This document shows positions 1-10,450 of a stretch of 42,870 nucleotides of DNA, piece by piece. Within the stretch, counting starts at the first letter, position 1. The number at the start of each line of letters is the position of its first letter. The notes beneath the pieces were generated by a model. The model saw only the letters and a program-made list of their open reading frames with translations. It did no database searches and was not told where the DNA came from. The DNA lies in NCBI RefSeq assembly GCF_001194135.2, contig NC_068982.1:65488557-65531426 (forward strand). The letters are read 5' to 3'. Source of the DNA: Octopus bimaculoides (lineage: Eukaryota). Both the position numbers and the translations under genes were made by a program.

Positions 1-41
<41 letters not shown>
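1..41. repeat. (AG)n microsatellite
   Basis: Direct reading. Confidence 0.98.
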
Positions 42-43
<2 letters not shown>

Positions 44-182
44 CAGTTTCCATGTACCAAATCAATTCACAAGGCTTTTGTTACTCTGAAGTTATCATTA
101 AAGATACTTGCTCAAGATGCTATACAGTGGGATTGAACCTGAAAGCATGGGGTTGAGAAGTAAACTTCTCAACCACACAGCC
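41..182 (-). mobile_element. Degenerate family-A SINE 5' half
   Basis: cagtttcc..accaaat..tcacaaggcttt..cagtgggattgaacctg..aaccacacagcc. Confidence 0.75.
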
Positions 183-2117
183 TAATCAGAAATAATAATA
201 AAAAAGAGGGAAAATGTGTCATTTCCTTCTAAGAATTGATAAATAATTAATTAGAGTATTATAATTATTGCAATCTCGATCAAAATATTACTTTTCTTGC
301 TATCTTTAATATTTAATTTCTTGCTAATTGTTATAACGAAAATACCATTGTATCATTTGTTATTGTCATCATTAACAACTGATAATTTAATTATTCATTC
401 GTCTTACTTGAAACAGATATTTTTATAGTTAACAATAGATTCTTTGCATTAACTAAGATAGGTATGGCTCTTTTCTAATGTCAACAGATGAACTTTTAGT
501 TCTTTGTCTTTTTAAATAAAGACAAGATTTAAGTATATTTTACATACAACACACTAAGTACTACTCTAGAAATTAGCAAAAAAGATACAATAAATAAATA
601 ATTAAAAAAAGAATATCTTCTTTCTGACTGACAATGGTTTGTTTACTAAACTCTATACTAATGTTCCATAATCTATTAGGTGATTGGGATAATACTGAAG
701 GAATTTTTTGTTATGTAGTACAAGAACAAGGCAACATGGTAGTGGCTCTTTCTTTCTAAGTTGAATTTATAGAGACAAAGTTTATAATTTTCTTTTTAAA
801 TGAATCCCATTATTTGAATAAGTTAAGTGAAATGGTTCTGCCCAAGAATTAAGCCCAGGTTGTAGACTTGATCCATTGGAAATTTACTATGTAGTGTTCA
901 ACAAGTAGATTATTATATTTTGCATTTGCTTGTGGGAGTAGGAGTAAATTTTTTTTTAGATGATTTGGTCAGACGAGGAAGGCTAGTGCTGATGATCTTT
1001 CTCAGTGTCTCTGAAACTGGAAGGAGAGAGGGATGAGGAAAATTATCTTCAGTCTGGGGACCTAGACTGAATGCTTGCAATGGGGAGTGTACCACTGAAG
1101 GCATCCAAAAGCCAGTAATGTTGAAGAAGATACTCTTTGATAGCATAAAAGATGCATGGGTAAAATAAACGCATGGGCATATCAGATGTATTCCAGTTTC
1201 AGCAGCGCATGTTGAGGAAAAAAGTTTTTAGTGTATTAAAGCATAAAGGATCAAATGTGATTTTGTTCAGATGTGTTTTTTTTAAAAAAAGTGCATCCTA
1301 TATGCCATCAACTATGGTAATTCATTTGTTGATACCAGAAAAAAAACACAAAGGAAAAAAAAAGAAAGCAAAGGCATACACTAAATAGACTGGAAACTTA
1401 ATGAGGGTAATTACAAAGCAGCTAGTATATTGTTGTTTCAGCAACTTGTTGTGCATCTAATGTTTGACATTTGAAAATAGATGTGACAAATGCTTGTTCT
1501 CAAGATTTTTTGTATATCCTATCAAGTGTAAACATTTCATTTTCTGTTCTCCCTCTGGGTCTAACACAAAATACTGATATTCTTCATGTGAAGAGATTGT
1601 ATTCTTTTATTCACCTATAGATATTATCAAAATGATTCGATGTGATATTCTCTTCAGTTTAGAGGGCCATCTTTTTTCTTTCAATGAAAGCAGCACCTAT
1701 TCCAGATGGTAGAAATAGAACTTCCACAACAATCTAAAATAAATATTTGGCACAGTACATTTGTGAACTCCTTTCTAAGACCAACAATAATATAGTAGTA
1801 TCATGGTTATAGAATATCTCTTTAAAACTGCTACTCCTGCTGTCACTTCTATTTTAAGTATATTATGTAAGCAGTGCATTTTACTGTTTATATATCAAGT
1901 TTTTGTACCAAACTACTACTATAACAATTGTTCTTTGTATATCAAGTATGTTGTAGACCAGTGTTTCTTAACCATTTTATGACTTTACCAATCCACTACC
2001 ACCAACCCTATTTCCCCTAACACAAATAATAACCAAAAAGTAGTCCCTTATATAACACAGTTTATTGCTAAACACAAACAGCTTTATATTAATCTGACTT
2101 TATCATTCTTAAAATTA

Positions 2118-2330
2118 ACACACTTTAGCATTCAGGTTACTTAGTCAATGTAACACTTATTTATTCATATTTTTTAAAGCTGATTATGTATTATCTTGTA
2201 GCTTTGTGATTTTGAAGATGTGATGGTTTATTTCTTAGAATATTACAGAGTAGGTGCGAAAAGCAGAATCTGGCAAGTTTGAATATAAAACAGGTAGAAT
2301 ATTTGGGTTGAATATGGTCAGTTTAATTAG
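2118..2330. mobile_element. Degenerate piggyBac-type MITE (second family)
   Basis: ttaac.c.tttagcattcag.ttact...aaaacaggtagaatatttggg..gatatgg.cagtttaa, resembling a recurrent TTAA-flanked element as I recall it; the right TIR is eroded. Confidence 0.5.
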
Positions 2331-2369
2331 TGTAACAAACCTGTATATAGATCTAAAAATAGGGAGGTG

Positions 2370-2920
2370 ACGTGTGAAGAGAGAGAGGGGGGAGGGGAGA
2401 GAGAGAATGTACAGTGACAAAGATGGATGTCAGAGGAATGTAGAGGTGGCTATAGTGTGTGGAGAACAAGGAGGGAGTACTGATGGCAAAGAATGATAGC
2501 AGATGAGAGTGTTAAAGATGAGATATAGCACTCCTAAAATGTACTTCATTGGGGAGGGAAAGATAACTGGAGGCACAGAAAGGGGTTATCAATGAAAAAT
2601 AAAGAGGGAAGGAACAATATTGAGAATGAGGGATGGATTTTAAAAGGAAGTGGTAATTGGCTCTGTGAAACGAATATTGTTCTTGCAAACCAGTCTTAAA
2701 GTTTTCTTGCCATGAAGCCATGAAGTTGTAGAAATGCCTGCCTTTAGAGTACATTGTGTTTTCATCAGTGTTGCAATGTTCTAGGTTTATAAAGGATATC
2801 TTAATCGAAGCACTGTTGAAGTTGCCTTGCTTTTGCTGAGTCTGTGAGAAATACAGAGTTGATTTTCCGTTGGCAACATTTCTGCTGTCGATATTGCTTT
2901 GAAATGCCTTACTTGGAGTC
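2370..2920 (-). mobile_element. Ancient Penelope-like GIY-YIG 3'-end relic with pyrimidine-rich 3' region
   Basis: Degenerate NLEHCNTDENTMYSKGRHF...GLQEQYSF resembles the GIY-YIG end (L.HC..E..R..KE.HFI..L....P.GLN..FSF). Upstream N.LCIS.RL.. and RQLQQ.F resemble IYCI.C..C and TGR.L..RF; CNTC linker-like near 2980. Confidence 0.4.
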
Positions 2921-3883
2921 AACCAGTGAAAAAGATATTAAGTAACCTTTTCCTTATGAAGACTCAAGGTGGAAATCTGAGCAAGTGTTACAACTTTACT
3001 TACCTCCCACGCCCAGAACACTGTGAAGGCCAAAGTCCAGCAAAAGAAGTAAAGTTGATCACATACTTTCTGTGGCTGTGATGGTGAATGATGGTTGCAA
3101 CAGTTTGCTACCTTGAATTGTCTTTCACTATTCTAGGGCCAAAAGTATCTCAGTCAAGATTGCTTCTATACTCAAGAAAAGAAAAATGCATAAACATGTC
3201 CCAGACCCCACTCTCTCTCTCTCTCTCTCAAAGTCCACCAATGATTGTCTCGTGACAACAGGATCAGTATTGTGACATTTGGGAACTGCTAGTCATGAAA
3301 AAGCATAGACAGTAGTTGTACAATGGTTGCTAGACAGAAGTGTCTTCCAGCAGATGCATCAAAACAACCCTTATTAGGGTCTGTTCTGTCCACACTGCAC
3401 TGGGAAAAAGCTAGAAAAGAGATCTTAAATATAACCTGTCTCAGTTTCATGAACTGAATCTCTGTATTCAGAGGGATCACATTTTTACGTGCAAAATAAA
3501 CAATACTTAACAAAATTTGGATTTTGAAATATTTGAATACTTCACAAGACCACAATGACACTAAGGCCTCAGTTCTAGGGAATCGGTACATTTCGGTATT
3601 GACATTATTATGATACTTAACTATTAAAGGACAGCTGAATCAATGTGATAGTGGATACATCTTTTTTTGGAAGGGAAAAACTATCATACGAGCAAATTAT
3701 TATCATATTATTGGCAAAAATTTGAAGCTCTGGAATAGTACAATTGGAAAAAAAGAGGGCACAGGAAAGAATAATTGAAATAGCATAATGCTCCTAAGTG
3801 CAAGAAGCAAAACTTAGTAATCACCAACACACTATTTCAACAAGTGTTCTCGGAAGCATCTGTATTCAAAGTACTGGCCTTAC

Positions 3884-3904
3884 TAACGATATTAACGTAT
3901 GGCT
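3884..3904 (-). other. Candidate 21-nt micro-exon
   Basis: cttgtgattgcag|agccatacgttaatatcgtta|GTAAGG; the acceptor tract is weaker. Confidence 0.22.
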
Positions 3905-4431
3905 CTGCAATCACAAGCATGTATGTGTACCTACCACGTGTCATGACATGCTTTTACATACAATTTACTATACAAACCCACCTTCATACACAAAATAATA
4001 TTTTAATTAATTCTAATAGGCAGAAATTATAAAGTGGTCCAAGGGCTGAGATACCGATTAAAAATAAGATAAAAGTATATACTGAGTTCTATTTATCCCA
4101 TTTGTTCGACCAAACCTCTACATTAAATGATAGTTATTTCATACATTTATGTAGTAGTAGTCAATGTTTGATTCATGACGAAAAATTTTCACCAACGGAT
4201 GGTCAACTCTGTTGTGTAAGATATCATTCTTAGATGTAAAACATACGCGTTTATTGAGAGATTTAATAGAGTAGAATAACACAACAGAAAGTGACTGAAC
4301 TTTAGGTTGCTGATTTGAATCGCGCATGTGGAGGACACCCACCTACGCCCACACACACACACACACATGCGCGAGTCTCTACGCAAGAGGAGGGGAATTT
4401 TATTCCGCATGCTAATTTTAAAGTTGCTTAC

Positions 4432-4450
4432 TGACAAAGTCTGTAAAAAC
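4432..4450 (-). other. Candidate 19-nt (or 9-nt from the internal AG) micro-exon
   Basis: ttctttttttattttgtttgtttccatacag|gtttttacag actttgtca|GTAAGC. Confidence 0.33.
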
Positions 4451-4817
4451 CTGTATGGAAACAAACAAAATAAAAAAAGAATATATATATATATAAAACT
4501 GAAAACTATATCAGTAGTTAAGTATAAGTTGCATAGCTATGGGTTTGCAAAATTAAAGATTCATTATTTTTCTCGATATTGACGTGTTGTTATCCATTTG
4601 CATAACAGCTATGCAACGGGTTGTCATGCACTTGCAATTCCCCATTCATATTAAAAAGGTCCGTTATCTTCGCTTTACACGGGCGATCGAGCTTTTAGAA
4701 ACGGCAGCCAAATTTCTCTCTAATGACACCCGACCGGCTCAGAAAGATGGAGAGAATAAAAAGTCCTGGTTATACTATGAATGCAAAAGTGTATAGACAA
4801 CGATTAAAATGCCTTAC

Positions 4818-4826
4818 TCATCAGAG
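4818..4826 (-). other. Candidate 9-nt micro-exon (ctctgatga)
   Basis: Very strong polypyrimidine tract ttttctttttccccttttcttttttag immediately followed by 9 nt and donor GTAAGG. Confidence 0.35.
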
Positions 4827-5836
4827 CTAAAAAAGAAAAGGGGAAAAAGAAAACATGAACATACATGATTTAGTTAAGATATAGCAAGATCAATATGGTA
4901 ATGGTTCGGTGCAACAGCATTTCTCGAGTCAGTTTCGGTTGCCACTTAAAATCACTGCATTTTACAATACCAAAGCTCTACAGGAAAAAAAAATGATATT
5001 GTAGGGAAAAGAAGCTATGGTGTAATAATAGCATTTCTTAAAACATTTGTAGCAAACATTTCGGGTAATTCTTTTTATTCAACAAATTAAAAGTTAACAA
5101 AGTTAATACATGCCTTGCCGATGGAAAGGCATGAATGCCGTCGACATTTGTTTAATTTTGAAAATGTCATGTTTTAAATCTACATAAAGATATAAACCAA
5201 GCAGGTCACTTTGCAGAAAGCGTAAATGTCTCAATCTTCTTTCCCCCTGTTACCTAATATATGAGACCTTGTGCTTATGTAAGACGTCAATACATTGTTA
5301 ATACCGTTGAGAAAAGGATGGACGTTACGCAACCTCATTTTGTCTCCAAAATTTCAGTGAGTCGCGTCGTCTTGTCATAAGTAATCAATATTGTTAACGA
5401 ATTAGAGACCTGTCAATATATCAAGATGTTAACAAATATGGGGACTATATTATGCATAAATTAAACAGGAATATATCAAATTAATAATAAATTGAAATTA
5501 AAAATTCACTATTAACTGAAACAAAAAGCGGTTTTATTAAAAACAAAAACAAAGTAAATGAATGAATGAATGAATGAATATACACGCGCATACATAATCC
5601 TATTTGTATATACACCCTCATGCATTTTGTACATATATCTAGATTATCGCAAGACACACAGTGTACGGGAAATTGAATTTAAAAAAAAAAGGGAATAAAT
5701 AAATGACTGAAAATTGATATTTTCTTTAATTTTTGTCTCCTTTCCTCACAAGAGCAATTACAATTATCTTCTCTCAGATTCAAGTGTAAAATATCTATTT
5801 TCTTAAAAACTTGTCAAAAGCTTACACATTTTCTGA

Positions 5837-6203
5837 AATAACATGCGCGTGTCATGTTATTACGTGTTATGGACAGGTACGTTTATCGATAAATCCACCA
5901 TAAACGCACATTTGTTTCATCTATTCCGTGACCGCTGTTATATGATGTTGTCAGTGGAACCTGCGACCGGGTTTCAATATCCAGCTGGGAACTCAGCGGC
6001 GCTAATGACATTACGGAACAAGCTTCTCTTATTTCTTCGTTAACATATCCAACAACATACCTATAAGAAACAATAACCGATTTCTTCTATTACCCGCCAA
6101 ATCATACCTACGTATATATAAGAAACAATGATGTAGTTCTCCCCTCCCCGCCAAATCATACCTACAAAGAAACAATGACGCATCCCTTCCATACCCGCCA
6201 AAT
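5837..6203. promoter_or_regulatory. Probable promoter (possibly bidirectional) within a CpG-rich zone: DRE-like TATCGATA palindrome plus three E2F-like TTTGGCGGG sites
   Basis: tttATCGATaaa perfect 12-bp palindrome at 5882-5893. cccgccaaat occurs three times, ending at 6102, 6156 and 6203. CpG density is high relative to 1-4 kb and 12-24 kb. A-tract/T-tract strand bias appears to flip around 6-7 kb. Confidence 0.5.
6056..6203. repeat. Three imperfect tandem units (47, 54, 47 bp) with conserved blocks catacct(a)...aagaaacaat...cccgccaaat and divergent spacers
   Basis: Units at 6056-6102, 6103-6156 and 6157-6203, read directly. Confidence 0.9.
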
Positions 6204-6624
6204 CAACGGTTATGTATTTCATTGTTGTTGTTCAACATGTACACGTATCTTAAACGCAGTCTTTGAACTATTTTGAAAGGGCCAAGATCCAGTTTAATTA
6301 AAAATCTAGTAGTACCTGGGTATTTTGCATATTTTAATTATCTATTTTATTATTCTTCTAATTAATAAAGGTAAATACAAATGACATAAGACAGTTGCGC
6401 TTTAATGGTAAAATTGTCAGAGTAAGCGAATGGTTTTACGCGTGTTTAAAGGTTTGTGAAAATATAGCAGTTTGAAACGAAGCCTCAACTTGTCAGTAAT
6501 AATCGTTTAGCTTTCATCAAGCAAAATTATAATTAAAAGTATTCTAGCCGTGACCGTCCAGTTTCTCCAGTTTATCTCACACTACAATGTCTTTTCCTTT
6601 CCTCTTTTCATTGAACGATAGTAG

Positions 6625-6695
6625 TTCTGAGAGATTTTCGCTACTATTTCTAGAAGGTCGAACGACCACATAGATGTTCCCTCATTGGCTCGTGT
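6625..6695 (+). repeat. Old unclassified interspersed repeat (agattt.gctgctatttctagcagg...accac.tagag..tccct)
   Basis: Related copies at ~12950-13000, ~15700-15750, ~18238-18290 and ~38529-38580. Confidence 0.65.
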
Positions 6696-6927
6696 GTGTT
6701 GGTAGTTGGCTTCGGTGCTGAAGAGAGAAGTATGTAAGCTGTTGAATAGTTCTGCCCAACTACATTAAGGATGGGCCAACACTGAAAAGCATATTTCCTT
6801 CTCTCTCTCTTTTCTTAATGTGTGTGTGTGTTTGTTTTGGCAATCATTGATTTGGCACTTTCATATTCATCGGCATTTTCAGCGAAGAACGAACAGCTCG
6901 CTTCCGAGAGGTTCTTTTTTTTTTTAC

Positions 6928-7016
6928 CTCCTCGACGCGATGTCTTAAGAAAAATTAGTGCTTTTACCGTCGAAGGATTTATCAGAAGCTTCTTTCCAAC
7001 ATTCTCAACGAAGATT
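6928..7016 (-). other. Candidate 89-nt exon, in frame with 7418-7463 (RIFVENVGKKLLINPSTVKALIFLKTSRRG)
   Basis: tattttcatgtag|aatc...ggag|GTAAAA. The phase 2 in / phase 1 out frame is open; alternative upstream AGs at 7030 and 7042. Confidence 0.25.
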
Positions 7017-7117
7017 CTACATGAAAATACTACACAAACAGCTACCAAATTTCGAAACGAAAGGCAAATATAGTTTTATTTATTTGATATAAGTGATGTT
7101 TGATTGATCAAACAAAT

Positions 7118-7197
7118 ATCTATCTATCTATCTATCTATCGAACTGTCTATCTATCTATCTATCTATCGAACTGTCTATCTATCTATCTATCTATCT
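7118..7197. repeat. (CTAT)n microsatellite with two gaactgt interruptions
   Basis: Direct reading. Confidence 0.95.
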
Positions 7198-7417
7198 AAA
7201 TTTCTTGGACTTTATTTACAACCCTATAAAGAAAAATGTTATTGGAGGATCTACATAAAACAGGTTTTTGATAAAAGAACTATATAAAGCACACCTACAA
7301 GAATATGCTTTGAGTTCATTCTCTCTGTTTATTTTAGAAAAATATAGAGTATAAAATCCAGTCAGTGGAGTTGAACGTATGTGTGTGTGTGATATTTTTA
7401 CGGTTTCTCTTGCTCAC

Positions 7418-7463
7418 CTGCAGTGCACCATTTTCTTCTCACGTACGAAGCTCCTGTCACTTT
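7418..7463 (-). other. Candidate 46-nt exon of an opposite-strand transcript (contains aaaATGg, MVHC...)
   Basis: Minus strand: gtttgttttcttttaacag|aaagtgac...aaaatggtgcactgcag|GTGAGC. Near-consensus acceptor and donor; no recognised homology. Confidence 0.35.
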
Positions 7464-7491
7464 CTGTTAAAAGAAAACAAACGTCTTTAAA
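7424..7491 (+). other. Candidate non-coding 5' UTR exon of the AGPAT gene
   Basis: ggtttctcttgctcacctgcag|tgcacc...tttaaa|GTAAGT, inside the CpG-rich zone. The first coding exon starts at a splice acceptor, so at least one upstream UTR exon must exist. Confidence 0.3.
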
Positions 7492-9237
7492 GTAAGTCTT
7501 CGATGCTTTTACCACATGCTAATTCCGAAAGCACTCCGAGTAAGAGGGAGGAAAAAGAGTGGTGGTGGGGGAGGATTATAGTTTATTTTGTCCCTTTTAA
7601 ATATTTGAGACGACTCCAGTTAGTTCTGTTCTTTTTTTTTTTTTGCACTTGGCTCCCAGGAGTAGACGAGTGCACTATCCGTTTATTGGTTTTACTAATT
7701 GAATTTCTTAAAATTAAATACAATTTTAGGCTCACCTTTTCTAAGTAGTTTTATATTTTCTATAAATATTACAACTTCTCTCTCATACCCACATACATAT
7801 AATTAAGGAAAATATAGAAAAATATATCCTCATTTCGCCACCCCCGTGATTTTTGAAATTTTCATCTAATCTCTGCGTAGGTATTTAATCTCTCCCGTAT
7901 ATGAATGGAATGTTCGGCTCCACTGTCCGTATTTATTGCATTTATTTCTTTTTAATTCAATACCTGCTTTAAACAGCAACCGTTGCTAGATTCAGACGAA
8001 TCTTTTTTTTTTTTTTTTTTTGCTACGCATTGAGGGATAAACACATAATGTGGTGTCTGTCAGGAGGAACAGACATATTTCAGTCAAGCTTTATAGATGT
8101 GCATGCACTTTGCTAAGAAAGGTGTGCTACTGCAGCGCTCTCTCCCTATCTCTCTCACTCTCTATCCCTCTATCTATTTGTTTGTTCTTTCCTCTCTCCC
8201 TGTATCCCTCTTTATTTCTCTGTTCTTATCTGCCTCTTCCTCTTTGTTCCTCATATATTTATCTCTTTCTTTGTCGTTCTTTCTCTTATAAATATTAATA
8301 AATGTTAAAATTATTCCGAAACTGTTGTGACAAGTGGTAGCAACGATCTTTAAAGCGAAGAATGCCTGGAATGGGCCACGCCTATTTTCATAACCATGCT
8401 ATTATTATTACTGAAAGCAGTTTATTAAGGCACAAGTTGATAATTTGCAAATAATCCGTTTTCCTATCATTAACTGTCTCATGCAAGAGCCATTTCATGG
8501 TGAAGTATACGTTTTAATTGATTAAATTGCTTTAGCGATATGTCTACTGCTTACCTCATATTTCATTCTTCAACTACGTCCATCTTTTAACTGTTGCAAT
8601 TATTCACTTTTTTCTTCGTCTTCTGCTGGTGATTAAATATGTCTATATTTTCCCTTGCTATTTGTTCAATTTTTATTTTGATTCCTTCTCTCCTGATTTC
8701 TTGCTTAATGAAGTGTAAAAAAACGCTTTGAACTATCAGCCATTAGGGTAGCCATTATTACCTATCACCAATGCAATTTACCTTTACTTCCAGATCTCTT
8801 GAAATATAGACGCGCACGCGCGCACAAACACGCACGCACGCACTCATGAACACTCAAATATATAGAAACACATTGATATACACAAACACGTATGCTGTGT
8901 GACTATCTTGATTTATTGGAAAATATCGATGTATTCTGATACACCAAATATATAATTCAATATATTTTTACTTTGAAAATTGACATTCAATTTTATCATT
9001 TAGCTTTGTTTTAAAACAGTTGATCGGATTGAAGAATCTGTCGAAATTTAGTCTGTGGTAGTCTTTGGTAACATCCAGTAAAGAGGGAGAGGAGAATATC
9101 AATTAAAATCGATACCAATCGATAGGATTAATCAGAAATGACAATATTCAGACGAAAATCCAAAAAGTTTTCAAATTCTTAGTTTTAATGTTTTTTAGAA
9201 ATTTTAAAGGTTTTTTTTTTATGTTTAATAATCCATT

Positions 9238-9449
9238 TTACTATAGGCACAAGGCCTGAAATTTGGTGGTGTGGGTGGACAGGGCTAGTCGATTACATCG
9301 ACCCCAGTGCTCAACTGATACGTATTTTATCGATTCCAAAAGAATGAAACACAAAGTCGACCTCGCGGATTTGAACTCAGAACGTAAACCCAGAAGAATG
9401 CCGCTAAGCATGGTGTTCGGTGTGTTAACGATTCTGCCAGCTCGCCGCT
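9238..9449 (-). mobile_element. tRNA-derived SINE family B (MetaSINE-like central domain)
   Basis: Minus strand: GGCGAGCTGGCAGAA A-box, GAGTTCAAAT B-box, gtcgactttg...tttcat...gataaaat..gta.cagttg core; tail ends in ttgtgcctatagta. Confidence 0.85.
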
Positions 9450-9844
9450 TTTTGTATGTGCTATAATGAAAATGAAGCAACTTCAAATACTGTAAAGAAA
9501 CGACATCTTCTACTAGAGTCAACTTGAATTTTAAAATAACCATTTCATGAAAAAAAAAAGCGGGGTGGATGGTATGATATTGATTTAGAAGATATCAATT
9601 TTTCAATAGAAGCAGAACAATCTGAACATTATTGGCTCCCAGGCAAAGCCGCGCACTGGGAGCCCTGCATACATATCCATAATACACATAGATTAGCATT
9701 GGGTCACTAGACTCATAGGGTCTTCGGGCAACTGCCCAGTGTACCTATGCCTTTGTAACATGTCAGGGACACATTAAACCTTAAATCAGGACTGAATAAA
9801 AGTCTAAAACTATAGAATTTTATTATCTTCCGTACTAAGCGCTA

Positions 9845-10010
9845 GTATGGCTTTATGTTTAATGCTTCGCAACCACCTGGTTTCAAGTTCGATCGTACTG
9901 CATGTCACCTTAGGCAAGTATCTTTTACTACATATTCAAGTTACCCAATACCTTGTGAGTAGAATTTGGTGGACGGAACCTGTGTATCAGCTCGCCATGT
10001 GTGTGTGATG
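9845..10010 (+). mobile_element. Degenerate family-A SINE 5' half
   Basis: caaccac.tggtt..aagttc..accttaggcaagt.tctt.tacta..ccttgtgagt.gaatttggt.gacggaa. Confidence 0.7.
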
Positions 10011-10450
10011 TATTCTATCTGTGTTCATGCCTGTCTTAAAACTAATTTACGTATATTCCATACTTTACTGTTTCGACAAATAGAGATTGATGAAATGAAT
10101 AGTGGGATCAACGTGACAAACTGAATCTTTGACAGCAGTACCCCAGTACATCCACAATACAATGATAGAAATACAGAAATATTATCCTCGTCTTTTGAGA
10201 AAAACGTATTTTAACATCTTTATCCGTATTGTTTCGATCTGTTCAGTTTCCAACTGTTTTATTGTTGAAGGTGTCTGTGTTACCAAACTGGATTCGAACC
10301 GAAATATCTTAATTTCGAATCTAGTTTTGTACCACGAACATGACACCTGAGTAATACATCTGATAATGATTGGAAATCAAATCGATTAAAATGTAGTGTA
10401 GATATAAATATTTGACGTATTTAGATATACAAAGATGAAATTAATACATA

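Noticed and set aside
913-1146. 77-aa minus ORF (QAFSLGP faintly like LINE QGSVLGP)
   Set aside because: Similarity too weak, with no YADD or other RT motifs in register; left unassigned.
3004-3020. 17-nt micro-exon with a perfect AG|GTAAGT donor (minus strand)
   Set aside because: It lies in or next to the decayed PLE linker relic, and an equally plausible 9-nt candidate sits only 45 nt away, showing that chance hits occur. Not included in the model.
4451-5825. Intronic C/D or H/ACA snoRNAs (GAS5-like host gene)
   Set aside because: I found no properly spaced RTGATGA...CTGA pair or hairpin-H-hairpin-ACA. The TGATGA at 4818-4823 is inside the exon candidate.
6056-6203. CRISPR-like repeat-spacer array
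   Set aside because: Eukaryotic context, only three imperfect units, 15-17-nt spacers, indels inside the repeats, and no cas genes.
7418-7431. MVHC start as an LHX1/5 LIM-homeobox gene
   Set aside because: The fifth codon is AG-N (Arg/Ser) rather than Ala, and no LIM Cys/His pattern follows in any candidate exon.
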